A DNA stretch of 64,000 bases. It comes from Vicugna vicugna. Taxonomy: Eukaryota. The notes under the pieces are model-generated. The model had not been told where the DNA came from. It did no database searches and saw nothing but the letters and a program-made list of their open reading frames with translations. The stretch is from positions 1,001,308-1,065,307 of the forward strand of contig MU061578.1 of assembly GCA_013265495.1 (NCBI GenBank), written 5' to 3'. A program made the position numbers and the translations under genes. This document shows positions 49,871 through 62,170 of the stretch, piece after piece; the stretch's first letter is position 1; each line of letters begins with the position of its first letter.

Positions 49871-52594
49871 CGGATTTGTGCATGACTTTCATAAGAAAAC
49901 AAAAAATTCTACTGCCAACAACTACTGCTCCTACTTTTATTATCTTTGTGGTTACTGTGAAGAACTCGAATGACATGTTCCTAAGGAATGTTTTTATAAA
50001 CGGTGGTAAATTTCCCTGGCCAGTCCATGAAAACCTGCTGAAACCCACTACTGAGTTGGAATACTCTAGAAACCTAATATTCACCACAAAAATGAGGAGC
50101 AAGCCTACATTGGTAGCCGCACAGGAATTCAGCAACTCAGAGCCCCATTTATATTTGCAACCTAACTTCTTAGGGACAAGGTGTTCAGCTTACCTGTGCA
50201 GAAATGAAAACGGAAGCGCCAGGTGGCAGGTTGCTGAGATGCAGACCCGCAGGCAGGAAACCTGAGAATGCTTCCGTAGAAAAGGAGGGACGGAATGGAT
50301 TCTCAAGTCCCCCCCTTCATAGGTGGGGCGCTTTGTCTTTGTAGCAAGCCTAGCATAGAGCTCAGGGAGACCTTTAGGACTTTACTCTCGCCCCTCCCAC
50401 TGGCCACTAGGTATGATTCCACAGAGGGCAAGCCCGCAGCAATGGGCCAGCCTTCCCCCTTGCGCTGGTCTGCTGAGTGCTGGTCAGCAGAACTTCTTCA
50501 TGTGCCTCTACACACACCGATATGCCCTGGTTAAATCTGGGAGAGTGAGCAGCAGCAAGGAACACAGGTGCAGGGGGAAGAGAGTCCCGCACTCCTGCAG
50601 GGAGAGTGGCTGATCTGCCTCAAACCAGCTCCCAGGTAACACCATGCATCTCCCCTAGATTTCAGCCTGCCTCCCAAAGAAAGGCCCAGAGTCCCAGGAC
50701 TCTGAATATGGCTACGCGGTGTGCACCCCCTGGCTACGGGAGGGCTAGGGAGCTCGTTGCTCCCAAAACACCATTATGCCCATGGAGGAGGCAGTATTCT
50801 AGCTCCCAGAAACCCAAAACCTGGGTTTATATCCAAGGTTTTCTACTTGCAGGTTCAGTGAAAGAGAGCATGTAAATCAGCCATGCTGAGCCTCAGTTCT
50901 TTTATCTGTAAAATGGGACTAATCATAGCCTCCTCAAGGAACTGCAATGATTCTCAGATTTTTTTTCTCCCTAATTCACATAATAATTTTTATTACAATG
51001 AAAGTTTAAAGACAATGGAGAGGTTGCATGAAATTAATGAGTTAAATTTTTTTTGACCAACTTCGTATAGTCTCACACACACACACACACACAAGTTCTC
51101 ACACACATACAAACTCATACACACCATCTGCTATCATCATCATTTTGTAAAGGAATGGGACATCTTGTACCAAAAAGTAAGAACGACATTATCTCCAAGT
51201 AAAGGACAAGCCTTCAAATGGATAAAATTTAGATCTATTAAAATTTTCGACAAATTGCCCTTAATTTTCTCATTGAGCTGCAGCTTGTGGAAAACTTCAT
51301 TATGGAATCAGAGGGATCGATGGATCAGCATTTGGGGACCACTGAGATGATGTCTGTGAGATGCTTCTCAGAACAGGTACCGGCACCCCCAGAATCAACA
51401 GTACGTGTTAACTGTTGTGCAGATGCTTGAAAACAGTGAAGAGTTCCACTCACTAGGTTGGAATAACTACCCTCCCCACCCTCCCCAGGCTCACTGCAGC
51501 AAAACCAGCTAGACACCTTTCTCATTTCTGAGTTCCCTGAACCACAGAGCAGCGTGTCTTCCCCACAGGAGAAGCTTAATAAAGGTTAGAGGAATTGAAT
51601 TTGTTGGATCACCAGAGTCTATTCACTTTCCTCAATGACACAGCAGTGACAGTCCTGCTTATTCAAGGCCACCGGAAATATGAGAGCAGTGACAGAAGGT
51701 TCGGGAACTCTTTCTGGCTCATACGAGGGCATGCAGTACACTGTAGAGCCGGGAACACATCTTTTGGAATCTCACCACTTGGGTGAGAAATCTTGACTCT
51801 GCCTCACCTTCTATGGCTGCTATGAAATGTCTGTGGTGTTATAAGCCCTGAAAACCTTAGTTTCCTTCAAAGAAGGAATAATGATCACTGTGCCTTCCTG
51901 ATTAAGTTGTTAAAAGATAAACTAATACACTACACATACGTTCTGAGATGGATATCTGCCATCTAGTGACCTCTCAATACATATTAGTGACTGCAATTAT
52001 AAATTATTTATATTCGCAGTCCCTGACCAGTTGCTGAGAGACACAGTCCTCTTTTTTAGCTAAAAATTACACAAGCAAGACCAACAAAATCAATATGTTT
52101 ATGGACTGACTGACTCCAAATGCAATTTTTTTTTGAGAATTTTTTTCAAATGACACGGCATTCATACGAAAATCTGTAGACATCGCCTTTCTGCCCTGGT
52201 CTTCTGAGTACACATGTTTTATTTAACCTTGTTAATGAATCCGATGAACACAGACTTTCACATTAGCTCTTGTCAACTAAATTCTTCACCAGCTGTATCT
52301 CACAAAATGTCAGGTCAAGTCTTTTACTACTTTTTGGAGACTGACTAGGGTTAATGCCTTTGTAAAGAGAGATTGCTTCCGGCCAGCAAACCCCTGTAAG
52401 GTAGGTTTTTATAGCCCCCTATTTACTGAAGAAAAAAACTGAAGCTGCACAAAGTATGCCCGCTGTCCTGCTGATAAAGGATGGGGACAATGTTTTCAAT
52501 AAGGTCTGTTGAATAAAAAAAGGCAGGCAGTATTATCTCCATCACTATGCTATACCAGCAGCAGTAGAGATGCTGCTTACAAATTTATCATTAC

Positions 52595-52595
<1 letters not shown>

Positions 52596-52631
<36 letters not shown>
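52596..52631 (+). repeat. (CAT)12 microsatellite
   Basis: Direct inspection. Confidence 0.9.
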
Positions 52632-55600
52632 TTATTCATCATTGTTTGCACTAGCTAAACCTAAAAGCACTTCTCTGAAGCATTATTGTCAGTTCAGCTG
52701 CAAGAGCTCCTCTTCCAGGAATCTATCTCTGACCCAAACTACCTAATTTTATAGCATGAAAACTTCCTAGCTTTCTAGTCCTTACTTACTTACAAGAGGA
52801 GTAAGTCCCACCTCATCCACAGGCTACCTGAAGCTCTTCAAAAGAAAAGACCCTGCCTCCACTCTCATTTGCCAACACTTCCCCATCACCACCACCCCTG
52901 GCACAAGTGACAAGTTGTAGAGATAGTGTTCTAGAAGAGCAGCCAATTGACACTGGGTTAGGAGAGACCCAAGACACACCAGACAGAGCCCCAAATAAGT
53001 GCCCACAAGAGCTTTCCTAAAACAATCGGTTCCAGGAGGTGATGCTAAGGGAAAGTGTGATGCTTGGCACTTGAGAGGGTGGGAGTCTGTTTCCAGTGCA
53101 CAGGACAGAATGTAAGAGCGTGGGACAAGGGACAGTAGGCGGCAGAGACAAAAACAGCTAAGTGGTGATTTCTCCTAATGAACAAGTGGGTGGGGAGGTC
53201 TACTTTGGGAAGCCTCCACACCCCACCCACTCTCTGAGTTGCGACTTTCTGGATGGAACTTCGAGCAAATCTGAAGGCAAACAGAGCCTGCAGAAGATTC
53301 TACTTTTCCTCTGTAAAAGCTTGGCTGCAGGGTTCTTTGACCCCACAAACGCTCAGAAACATTTCTCTTTATGTAATAGGAGTCACCCGCAAGCATCTTC
53401 TACTAGAAATGACTTCGTGTCTAACATCTCAAGTTCTGGGATAATTCCTTTTGACCTTAACCAGCCCAAGGTCCTATCTTGGCAAGCAGGCAAGAGCTGC
53501 TACACGGCTCCCCAGTCCCAGACAACACTGGCACACCTTCAAAGGCTGGTGATTTTTGGTGGTGAACTACGAAGGATGTGAGTATTCAAAACAAAACTAG
53601 GTTAGTCTGCAAAAACTAGAAGATCACATTGCAAATGGACCAGATACTGGGTGGAAAACCTTCCTGTCCTCAAGCTCTCACCTCAACAGATACACCATCT
53701 CTGGGCTTCCAGTCTCAGTCCCCAAATTGCAATTGCTGATTATGGGCATCTCACACTATTACAACCTCATCTGACCTGTTAGTTCAGGTTTTTATATTCC
53801 CTGTCTCTGGGCTCCATCACAAGAACCCACAATGAAGATCAGCAACTCACCACATTCCATCTTAGAAACACGATTCTGGAAGGATCTGCCTGTATCACAT
53901 CCTTGCAAATGACATCTGGCTGCTCTACCACTGTTGAGTGAGATTAGACTCTCTTGATTTCCAACTTTCTCTGCCATGCTCGTATTTCCTCTTTCCCTTC
54001 CCATGGGGAGCCCAAGAGCAAATTTGGGCCCTTTATTCTGTTTCCATCTTGAAATGTTGACATTCGCTGACCCTGTGTCCCTGAGGGGATCACCTTCTCA
54101 CCCAAGTTTGCATCAAGCCATTTTCTCAAATCAAAGCAGTACTCTCCAGAGGATGACTGATTGTGCCCACTGTTAAAAGATGAGCGTAGCCTTTACCTGC
54201 TTTCAGATAGAATAATTTGACTCTCTTTTGGCACAGTGTTATGTAAGAGAAACACCACATATTTCCCAGGCTGTGTGTGGTGGAATTCTTGCATGCTCCA
54301 TTAACATAAGACCTCCCTTGGCATCATCTTGTGCTCTGTTAGGTCTCTTAACTCTTGTACCCCAGTTGCCATCACCCTACATAACCTACATACTATGATA
54401 TTCTTCCCACACCGATGAAGGGTTTGCAGCAACTGTGGGAAACCACTGCCTCACACTCTGCACAGAATCCTCATTGCTTCCACAGCCCTGACCTCTCCTC
54501 ACGGGCTACCCCTCAGGAGTGATCATGTATCCCACACAGCTTCCTGCATGTCTCAGTATGAAGGTCTTATCTTCCTTGCTGTTTTAACATCCTCCCAAAC
54601 AAAATGTTTGCACACCCTGCTCTTCCTCTCAGGACTTGCCTTTGTTTATGGAAGCACCTGCCTTCCATTCATATTAACTTGAAACCTTAATAGTTGCCCT
54701 TCACACCTCCCTCTGTTGCTCCGAATAGTCAATAGGTCCCCATATCATATCACTCTTAGCACTCCCATCTCCCGACAATGAACTCTCCCAATTTTCCATT
54801 ACCACTGTCCCAGTGCATTAGATTATTCTCCTTAGCCTAGACTATAACAAAAACACACAAACAAAATGGGGAGGTGGGGGAAGGCTATAATTTCATAATT
54901 GGTTCCTTTGCTCAGCCTCCTTTCTTCCCAACTCACACTCTCCATTGATTCCACAGGGGAATTTTAAATACACAAAAACAAGGCATGTCAGTCTTCTCAA
55001 GACATCACCACTGACACCCTCACTGATGAGGGCCTGATATTAAATGCCTTAGCGTGGTCCTGCATCCCTTATCTTGCAACGTAACCAGCGCTTTCTCTCA
55101 TGTACCTCCCTCTCCTCCAGATCTTGGTCACTTCATACCTAGTCTTGTAATTGCGTATGCCCAGTGCATATTAATACATCTCCAAATATATGTTCTTTGG
55201 CTGGAACTGCTTTAATGATATGAGCGTACAAATCCCAGAAGACCCAGTGTGTAATTAAATAAACAATCCCGGAATGAAACATGCATCTTTGTGTGCTCTG
55301 CAATGTCGAGATGGAGATGAGGATGAAAGCACCTGTGTGTGTTTCACTTTACTCTTCAGGGGGGCAGTGCTGGGTACACACTGATAGCAGTCTTACCCAC
55401 GAGGACGCTGAAACTCAGAGGGGTTATGTAAACAGCCTGCACATAAATGGAACAGCCAGTGTTGAAGCAAGTGCCTCATCTATTTACTGTTTATCTCCTG
55501 CCTTCCCATCCTTTGCCCACTGGCACGCACATATTCCATGAGAATATTTTCCCTTCCAGTGTTGCATCCTCATCATCTTGGAAGAGCACCTGACCTACTG

Positions 55601-56554
55601 TAGCAGACGCTTGTTAACTACTGGTTGTATACATGAGAGAACCTGGAAATGCTAAGTCCTCCTCCATTTCCATGCTTCTGAAATCCACTTGATGCCCACT
55701 CATTCACTCATCAATACCTCTTGTACGTACTTGCGGTGCCAAGCATGGTGCTGACTCTGGAGATACAATGATCAGCAAAGCAAGAGATGGAATTTACATT
55801 CTAGACTATATCTGCTATTTTTTAGGCCATCTGGTTTAAACAAAATTACCTCTTGCAATTTTGTATCAGGGTGTGAATCAGCATTTTCTCAATTTTCTGT
55901 AACAAATTGAAGTACTGAAGTGAATTGGATTATGGGGCTAATTGAAAACAATATTAATTATCCATATTCCCAATTTCAAATATGGGTGTTCATCAAAATA
56001 GCCTCATTTTCTCACTGACTGGCTTTATGATAAATGTTTCACATTTGAATTTATAAAACTCATCTCTACTCTGCCCCTTTCATCTCTTCTATAGATGGCA
56101 TTTCATGTAGAATTTATTTGTTAAAGGGTTTCTACTGTTGTAAATGTACATATATATATTTGAGAACCACCAGTTTCCTGTGTGACACTCACACTCCTCT
56201 GTGAGGCTCAGATTACAGGCTTGCCCTCCTATGGGAAAAACAAAGAATTAAAAAGGCATGTTCTGAGGCCCCAGAGTTTACTCTAACCTTACACTGCCCT
56301 CTTGACAGCGATGTGGATAATAACAACAGGGGAGGCAGATCACTTGGGGTTTTGAGTCCTGGATCTCTTTTGCCCAGCTGGGTGACTTTTGGCAAGTTAT
56401 TTATACCTTCTAGGTCATGAGGTGCTCATGTGTAGATGGAAAAAGCATGAGTATCTTTTTTCACAGTTTGGAAAACATGGAACAATAAGTTTCAATTGCT
56501 TAGTGCAACGCCTGACACATAGTAAGTGCTCTACACATATTAGTGTCATAGCTT

Positions 56555-57480
56555 CATGGTGATGATGACGGTGATGATGGTGGTGGTGGCATTGGGGTTG
56601 GTGACAGCGATAATGGTGATGAGGATGATGGCAGTGGTGGTGGTGACGGTGATGATGGCGGTGATGGTGATGATGGTGGCAGCGTGGTGGTGATGGTGAT
56701 GGTGATGATGGCGGTGATGGTGATGATGATGGCGGTGATGGTGATGATGGTGGCAGCGTGGTGGTGATGGTGATGATGATGATGGCGGTGATGGTGATGA
56801 TGGTGGCAGTGGTGGTGGTGATGATGATGATGGTGATGATGGTGGCAGTGTGGTGGTGATGGTGATGATGATGATGGCGGTGATGATGATGGCAGTGATG
56901 GTGATGATGGTGGCAGCGTGGTGGTGATGGTGATGATGATGATGGCGGTGATGATGATGGCGGTGATGGTGATGATGGTGGCAGCATGATGGTGATGATG
57001 ATGATGGCAGTGATGGTGATGATGGTGGCAGTGGTGGTGGTGATGGTGATGATGATGCATGGATGATGATGGTGGCAGTGGTGGTGGTGATGATGATGAT
57101 GGTGATGATGGTGGCAGTGTGGTGGTGATGGTGATGATGATGATGGCGGTGATGATGATGGCAGTGATGGTGATGATGGTGGCAGCGTGGTGGTGATGGT
57201 GATGATGATGATGGCGGTGATGATGATGGCGGTGATGGTGATGATGGTGGCAGCATGATGGTGATGATGATGATGGCAGTGATGGTGATGATGGTGGCAG
57301 TGGTGGTGGTGATGGTGATGATGATGCATGGCGGTGATGGTGATGATGGTGGCAGTGTGGTGGTGATGGTGATGATGATGATGGCGGTGATGGTGATGAT
57401 GGTGGCAGTGGTGGTGGTGATGGTGATGATGATGATGGCGGTGATGGTAATGATGGCAGTGTGGTGGTGGTAATGGCGAT
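56555..57480 (+). repeat. About 920-bp (GAT/GGT/GGC)n triplet VNTR with a 269-bp higher-order period, at the 3' end of a MIR (about 56320-56545)
   Basis: Rare markers gcagcatg (56981, 57250) and gcat (57057, 57326) recur at offset 269. Confidence 0.95.
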
Positions 57481-58965
57481 CTTGTTGTTAATTGTGAACA
57501 CAGGGGTGAGACAATGTAAACTGGCCTCTGGTGGAAAGTCAGCTCCATTCTCTCTGGTCTCATTCTTTTCCTCTTTTCCAGGAGAGCCCTTTGCTAGTTC
57601 ACTCCTCTATCCTTCTCTTTTAACGCTAGTGTTTCCAGCTAAGAAATCTCTGTCACCACCTTGACTCCTCCTGTTTTCCCCTCCTCATAACTGGGCCACG
57701 GACATCTGTAAGGAGCCTCTCTTGTATAGCAAGCAGGAGCTGACACCACTGTTCTGGGTGACTCTGGGGGATGTTAATATTTTATGACCTCTTTAGTGAA
57801 ACACCAAACTCCAGGGAGCTGATACTTCCTTTAATAAAGCTCAGATTCTCAGCAGGCTTCCACCCTCCCTTTCTCCAACCCCTACCTCTCACCATCCTAG
57901 ACATTCCAATATTTTTTCCCCCTGTATAGCCACTGTCCTGACAAGAGCCACACAATTCCAAGAAATGGCATAAAAAAATAATATCAAAGCTAAGGATTAT
58001 TGAGGCTTTGCTGTGTGTTGGGTGCTATGCCAAGCATTCTGCATTTGTTATCACATTTTGTCTTCCCTGAAACCCAATAAGAAAGGTGGTGACCCCTCCC
58101 ATTGTATAGGTGAGGACACTGAGGGGGAAAGTAAATAACCTTTAAATCCACACACTCAGGCCCTAACTTAGGTCGATGTGATTTCTTTGCCTCTGCTGTT
58201 CTACGTTATTGCTTAATGCATTCTTGAGAATGGGTTTTAAAGCAGAATGTCTGAAAGCTGAACAATTGATATAAGAGTTCTCTGGGAGGTGGTTCTTTCC
58301 CCACAAATTAAATTGGGTCAACAAAACCCCAAACTATGGTTCAGGTAGATGCTGCCTCGCTCAGGTCCCTGTGGGTACCTCAAACCACCACAGGGTCTCC
58401 CCGTTGCCATGGAAACCCTGCACCAGGGTCGAAAAGTTCAAGCCTGGACCCCACGCCTGAAGGAGGTCTAGGTGCCGGTGCTTCCTCCTTCCTTCCGCAG
58501 AGCTTGAGTGAAATGATTCTCAGCCAGCAAACATACTTGGGATTTGATTTGATTTTTGGTCCAACGACCATACAAACAATGAACTTACTGTCCATTCCAT
58601 TTGGGGCTGCGTCCTCCGGTTTTAGAAGTACAACTAGGGAAGAATCGTTTATAAAGCAGAAAAATGCATATGAAATGAGGGAGCGGGGGTGGAGTAAGAT
58701 CTCCATCCACACTTCCATGGTGTGATCCCATGTGTGTAAAGTCAATCTATATCTGGAGTTTACACTCTCCTCTTCCAAGTGCATCTCCTTCTAGACTGAA
58801 ATCTGCATCTCTATATAGAGACATCTCAAGTGTGGTGAGACTACTGGTGACTTTCATTACTTTTTTGTTGCTAATCCATCAACCAAGTTTTCTGCGGGGT
58901 TCTACCCCAAGTACCAGGGGGTACTTTCATACTAAGGAAAATGGAGCTCCCCCTTCTTTTGCTTG

Positions 58966-59180
<215 letters not shown>

Positions 59181-60324
59181 GAAGTGGACCAAGTCACAGA
59201 GTGAGAACATCGCTTCCCCATCACAGGTCAGAATCTCACCAAGGTGTGAGGAAGAACGGCGACATGATTGACCAGGAATGAACTTGGACCCTCTCACTCT
59301 CCCGACCCTTTAAAGATAGCTTAACAGGGACTCTAGAAAGAGGCAAAGAGCACTGGTGCTTAGTTCCTGAGCATCGCTGCTCTCCAATGTAAGCCTAATT
59401 ATAGTCACCAAAGAAGTTTCTTTCTCGTCTCCCCAGGTCCTCTGTGACAGCTCATCATTCCAGTGGCATTTTTGTCGGGAAAACCTCATTTCTATTTTTA
59501 TTATGAGGACTGCTTGTCTTTACTAGCTCTCTGTACATAGATCAAGACATTATGAAGACCTGCACTTTCCCCAGGCAGACGAGAATGACTAATTTTCTCT
59601 CAATATTAAGGACTGTGCCCTCACCATCAGCTTCATCAATATTTATTTCACAGGCTGAGACCACAAGGATCCTGGGACAAGGTTAACCTGCTCAGCACCA
59701 CACACCTTCACACGCCAAAGGTTTCCATCATTTATTGCCTGCACTTGTTTCCAACAGAGAAAGTAGCCACGTCGCTTCCCTCTGATCAATGGAAGCAGGT
59801 TCTCATCTAAAGTATGAAGCCGCAATTCCCACCTGGCTTCTTTTAAACATATTCACTGGATGGACTTTTCTCTAAGGGGATGAAGCTTAGACCTCTGGAA
59901 GCCTATAAAGGCATGTGATATTTGTGAGATGATGAAGGTGGAGGAATTTGAACACTAAGTCATGTCCCCCTCAGCCAAAATCTTATTTGATAATGCTGAT
60001 GGTGATAAAAACATTTACCTAATATTAGAGTTTCCTCCATGCTAAGCCTTCTAAAAAAACGATTTACATACATTATTTTACTTAATCCCCATGCCAAAAT
60101 TTTTATTCATGCACTCACTCATTCATTTCTTATTTAATTCCTATATAAATATTTATAGACTGGTAAATTATGTTCCGTGCTTTGCGGTGTCCCCGGTATA
60201 CAGTGATTAGACACACAAACAAGCAAACATACAAACAAACAAAGAAAACTCAGTCTGTTTTCTCTGATGGAACTTAGAGTCTGCTTGGCAGAGAGATGTT
60301 TTTCAAAATCAATGCCATCAGTTT

Positions 60325-61095
60325 CTTAGAAAATGAATGTCCTAGCCATTTCAATCTTGAGCATGTATAGGGGAGAAATGGACACTTATGTCTACACAAA
60401 GATCTGTACATGAAGCTTTATTTATAATGGCTAAAATTAGGAATCTATCCAGATGTCCTTAAACAAGTGACTAGTTAAACACACAGTGGTCCACATCATG
60501 GAAAACTACTCAGCAAAGAAAAGGAATAAAGGATTGATGTACACAACAGCTTGGATGAATCTTCAAAGAATCATGCTGGGGAAAAAAAAAAAAAGGTCAA
60601 CCCCAAGAGGTGATATACTACAGGGTTCCATTTTTTGAAATGCCTGAACTTGAAAAATGAAGAGCAGATGAGTGTTTGCCAGGTGTTAGCACTTGGAGGA
60701 GGTGGGGCGGGCAAGCAGGTGTGGTCATAAATGGACAAAGGGAAGAACCCCATGTTGATGGAATTTTTCTGGACGTTGACTGTGGTGGTGAACCCACAAA
60801 TCTACACATGTGATAAAATTGCATGGAACGAAATACACCTCCCTCCCCAAAACACATACACCAATTAATGCAAGTGAAGCCAGGGAAACCTGAAAGAAGA
60901 GCAGCAGGTCACATCAAGGTTGACATCCTGATTGCGATATTGTATTGTGATTTTGTTAAATGTGACCGTTGGGGAAAACTGGGTAAAAAAAGTACATGGA
61001 ATCTCTCAGCATTATTTCTTACAACTTCTTACAACTGTATGTGATTCTACAATGATCTCCATAAACATTTCCATTAAAAAAAAACAAAATAAATT
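60325..61095 (+). mobile_element. Ancient L1M (L1MC/MD-like) 3' end with A-rich tail
   Basis: aaactactcagcaaagaaaaggaataaa, ttggatgaatcttcaaagaatcatgctg, ggggaaaactgggtaaa, ends ccattaaaaaaaaacaaaataaa. Confidence 0.8.
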
Positions 61096-61388
61096 ACACA
61101 GTTAATGTGATAATGCCAGTTGTGGTCAATGCTATAAAGGAGAAGAGCAGGGTTTTAACATTTTTAGAAAGGAAACTATATATAGCAGGCTCTGGATTTA
61201 GACTAAGGGCGAGGGAAGACTTTTTTTTTTTTTCAAGAGGTGGCATTTCATTGGGCAGCAGAAAGATGAAGAGTTGGTGAGGAGAAAGGTGGGTGGTGTT
61301 TCCAGGAAAGGAAACAGTGTGGCAGAGATGTAGAAAGGGCGTGATTGCTCAGGGAGTAGAAACAGGAGGACGGGGGAAACAGCGAGCC

Positions 61389-61440
61389 CAGTGCAGGGAG
61401 GCAGTGCAGGGAGGCAGTGCAGGGAGGCAGTGCAGGGAGG
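61389..61440 (+). repeat. Perfect 13-bp minisatellite (CAGTGCAGGGAGG)x4
   Basis: Four identical units. Confidence 0.97.
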
Positions 61441-61629
61441 ACGCAGGGCCACAGGTGAGTGACTTTCCTAATCCTGTGCAAGAGTCATTGCTCTACTCTT
61501 TCCTCTGTTGCAGGAAAGAGAGGCTCAGACGATCTCCGTGAGGTCACATACCTACAAAGTAGCAGACCTAGGATTCAACATCAATGCCTCAACCCTGTCC
61601 ACTCTCTTTCCTAAAAAAAAAAATCTTTA

Positions 61630-62170
61630 AACACACTCCCTGTTCAACCCAGCAACACCACTCCCTAGGGATTTCCCTAGGAGCATAAAATATGTACATT
61701 TGTAGAAATACCTGGACACAAATGTTTACTGCAACTTTTTTCATTATCAGCAAAAACTGGAAAGAACCCAAAGAGCCTTCAGCTGTTGAGTAAACTGTGG
61801 AGAATCCACAAGAGGGTGGCACTTCGCAGTAACAAGGATGAGTGAACTGTTGGCGGACACAAATGCATGGAGGGGTCTCAAATTCGCTACACAGAGAGAA
61901 GGACGTTGGACTCAAAGGCTACCTATTTAGGATTCCACTTAAGTGGCGTTCTAGAAAAAGCGGAAGGACTGAGAAGAGATTGACGATCGTCAGGCGCTGG
62001 GGCTGGCGAATGGCTACAAACGGACCCCTGGAAACTTTTTTGGAGTGATGTTCGACATCCTGATGGTGGTGGTGGTTACATCACTGTGTGTCATTGTTGA
62101 AACTTGCAGAACTGTATGCGGAAAAGGGCAAGTTTTACTATATATAAATTGTACCTTGAGAAACCTGACT
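61630..62170 (+). mobile_element. Ancient L1M (L1MB/ME-like) 3' fragment
   Basis: aacccagcaacaccactccctagg...caaatgtttactgcaac...aaaaactggaaagaaccca ... ggtggtggttacatcactgtgt. Confidence 0.75.

Noticed and set aside
56415..57563. 382/315/236-aa His/Pro/Ser/Thr-rich ORFs (longest in the track)
   Set aside because: Translations of a stop-free triplet VNTR, open in several frames, with no splice or domain evidence.
61389..61440. Short direct repeats as CRISPR-like array
   Set aside because: No spacers; ordinary minisatellite in a mammalian genome.
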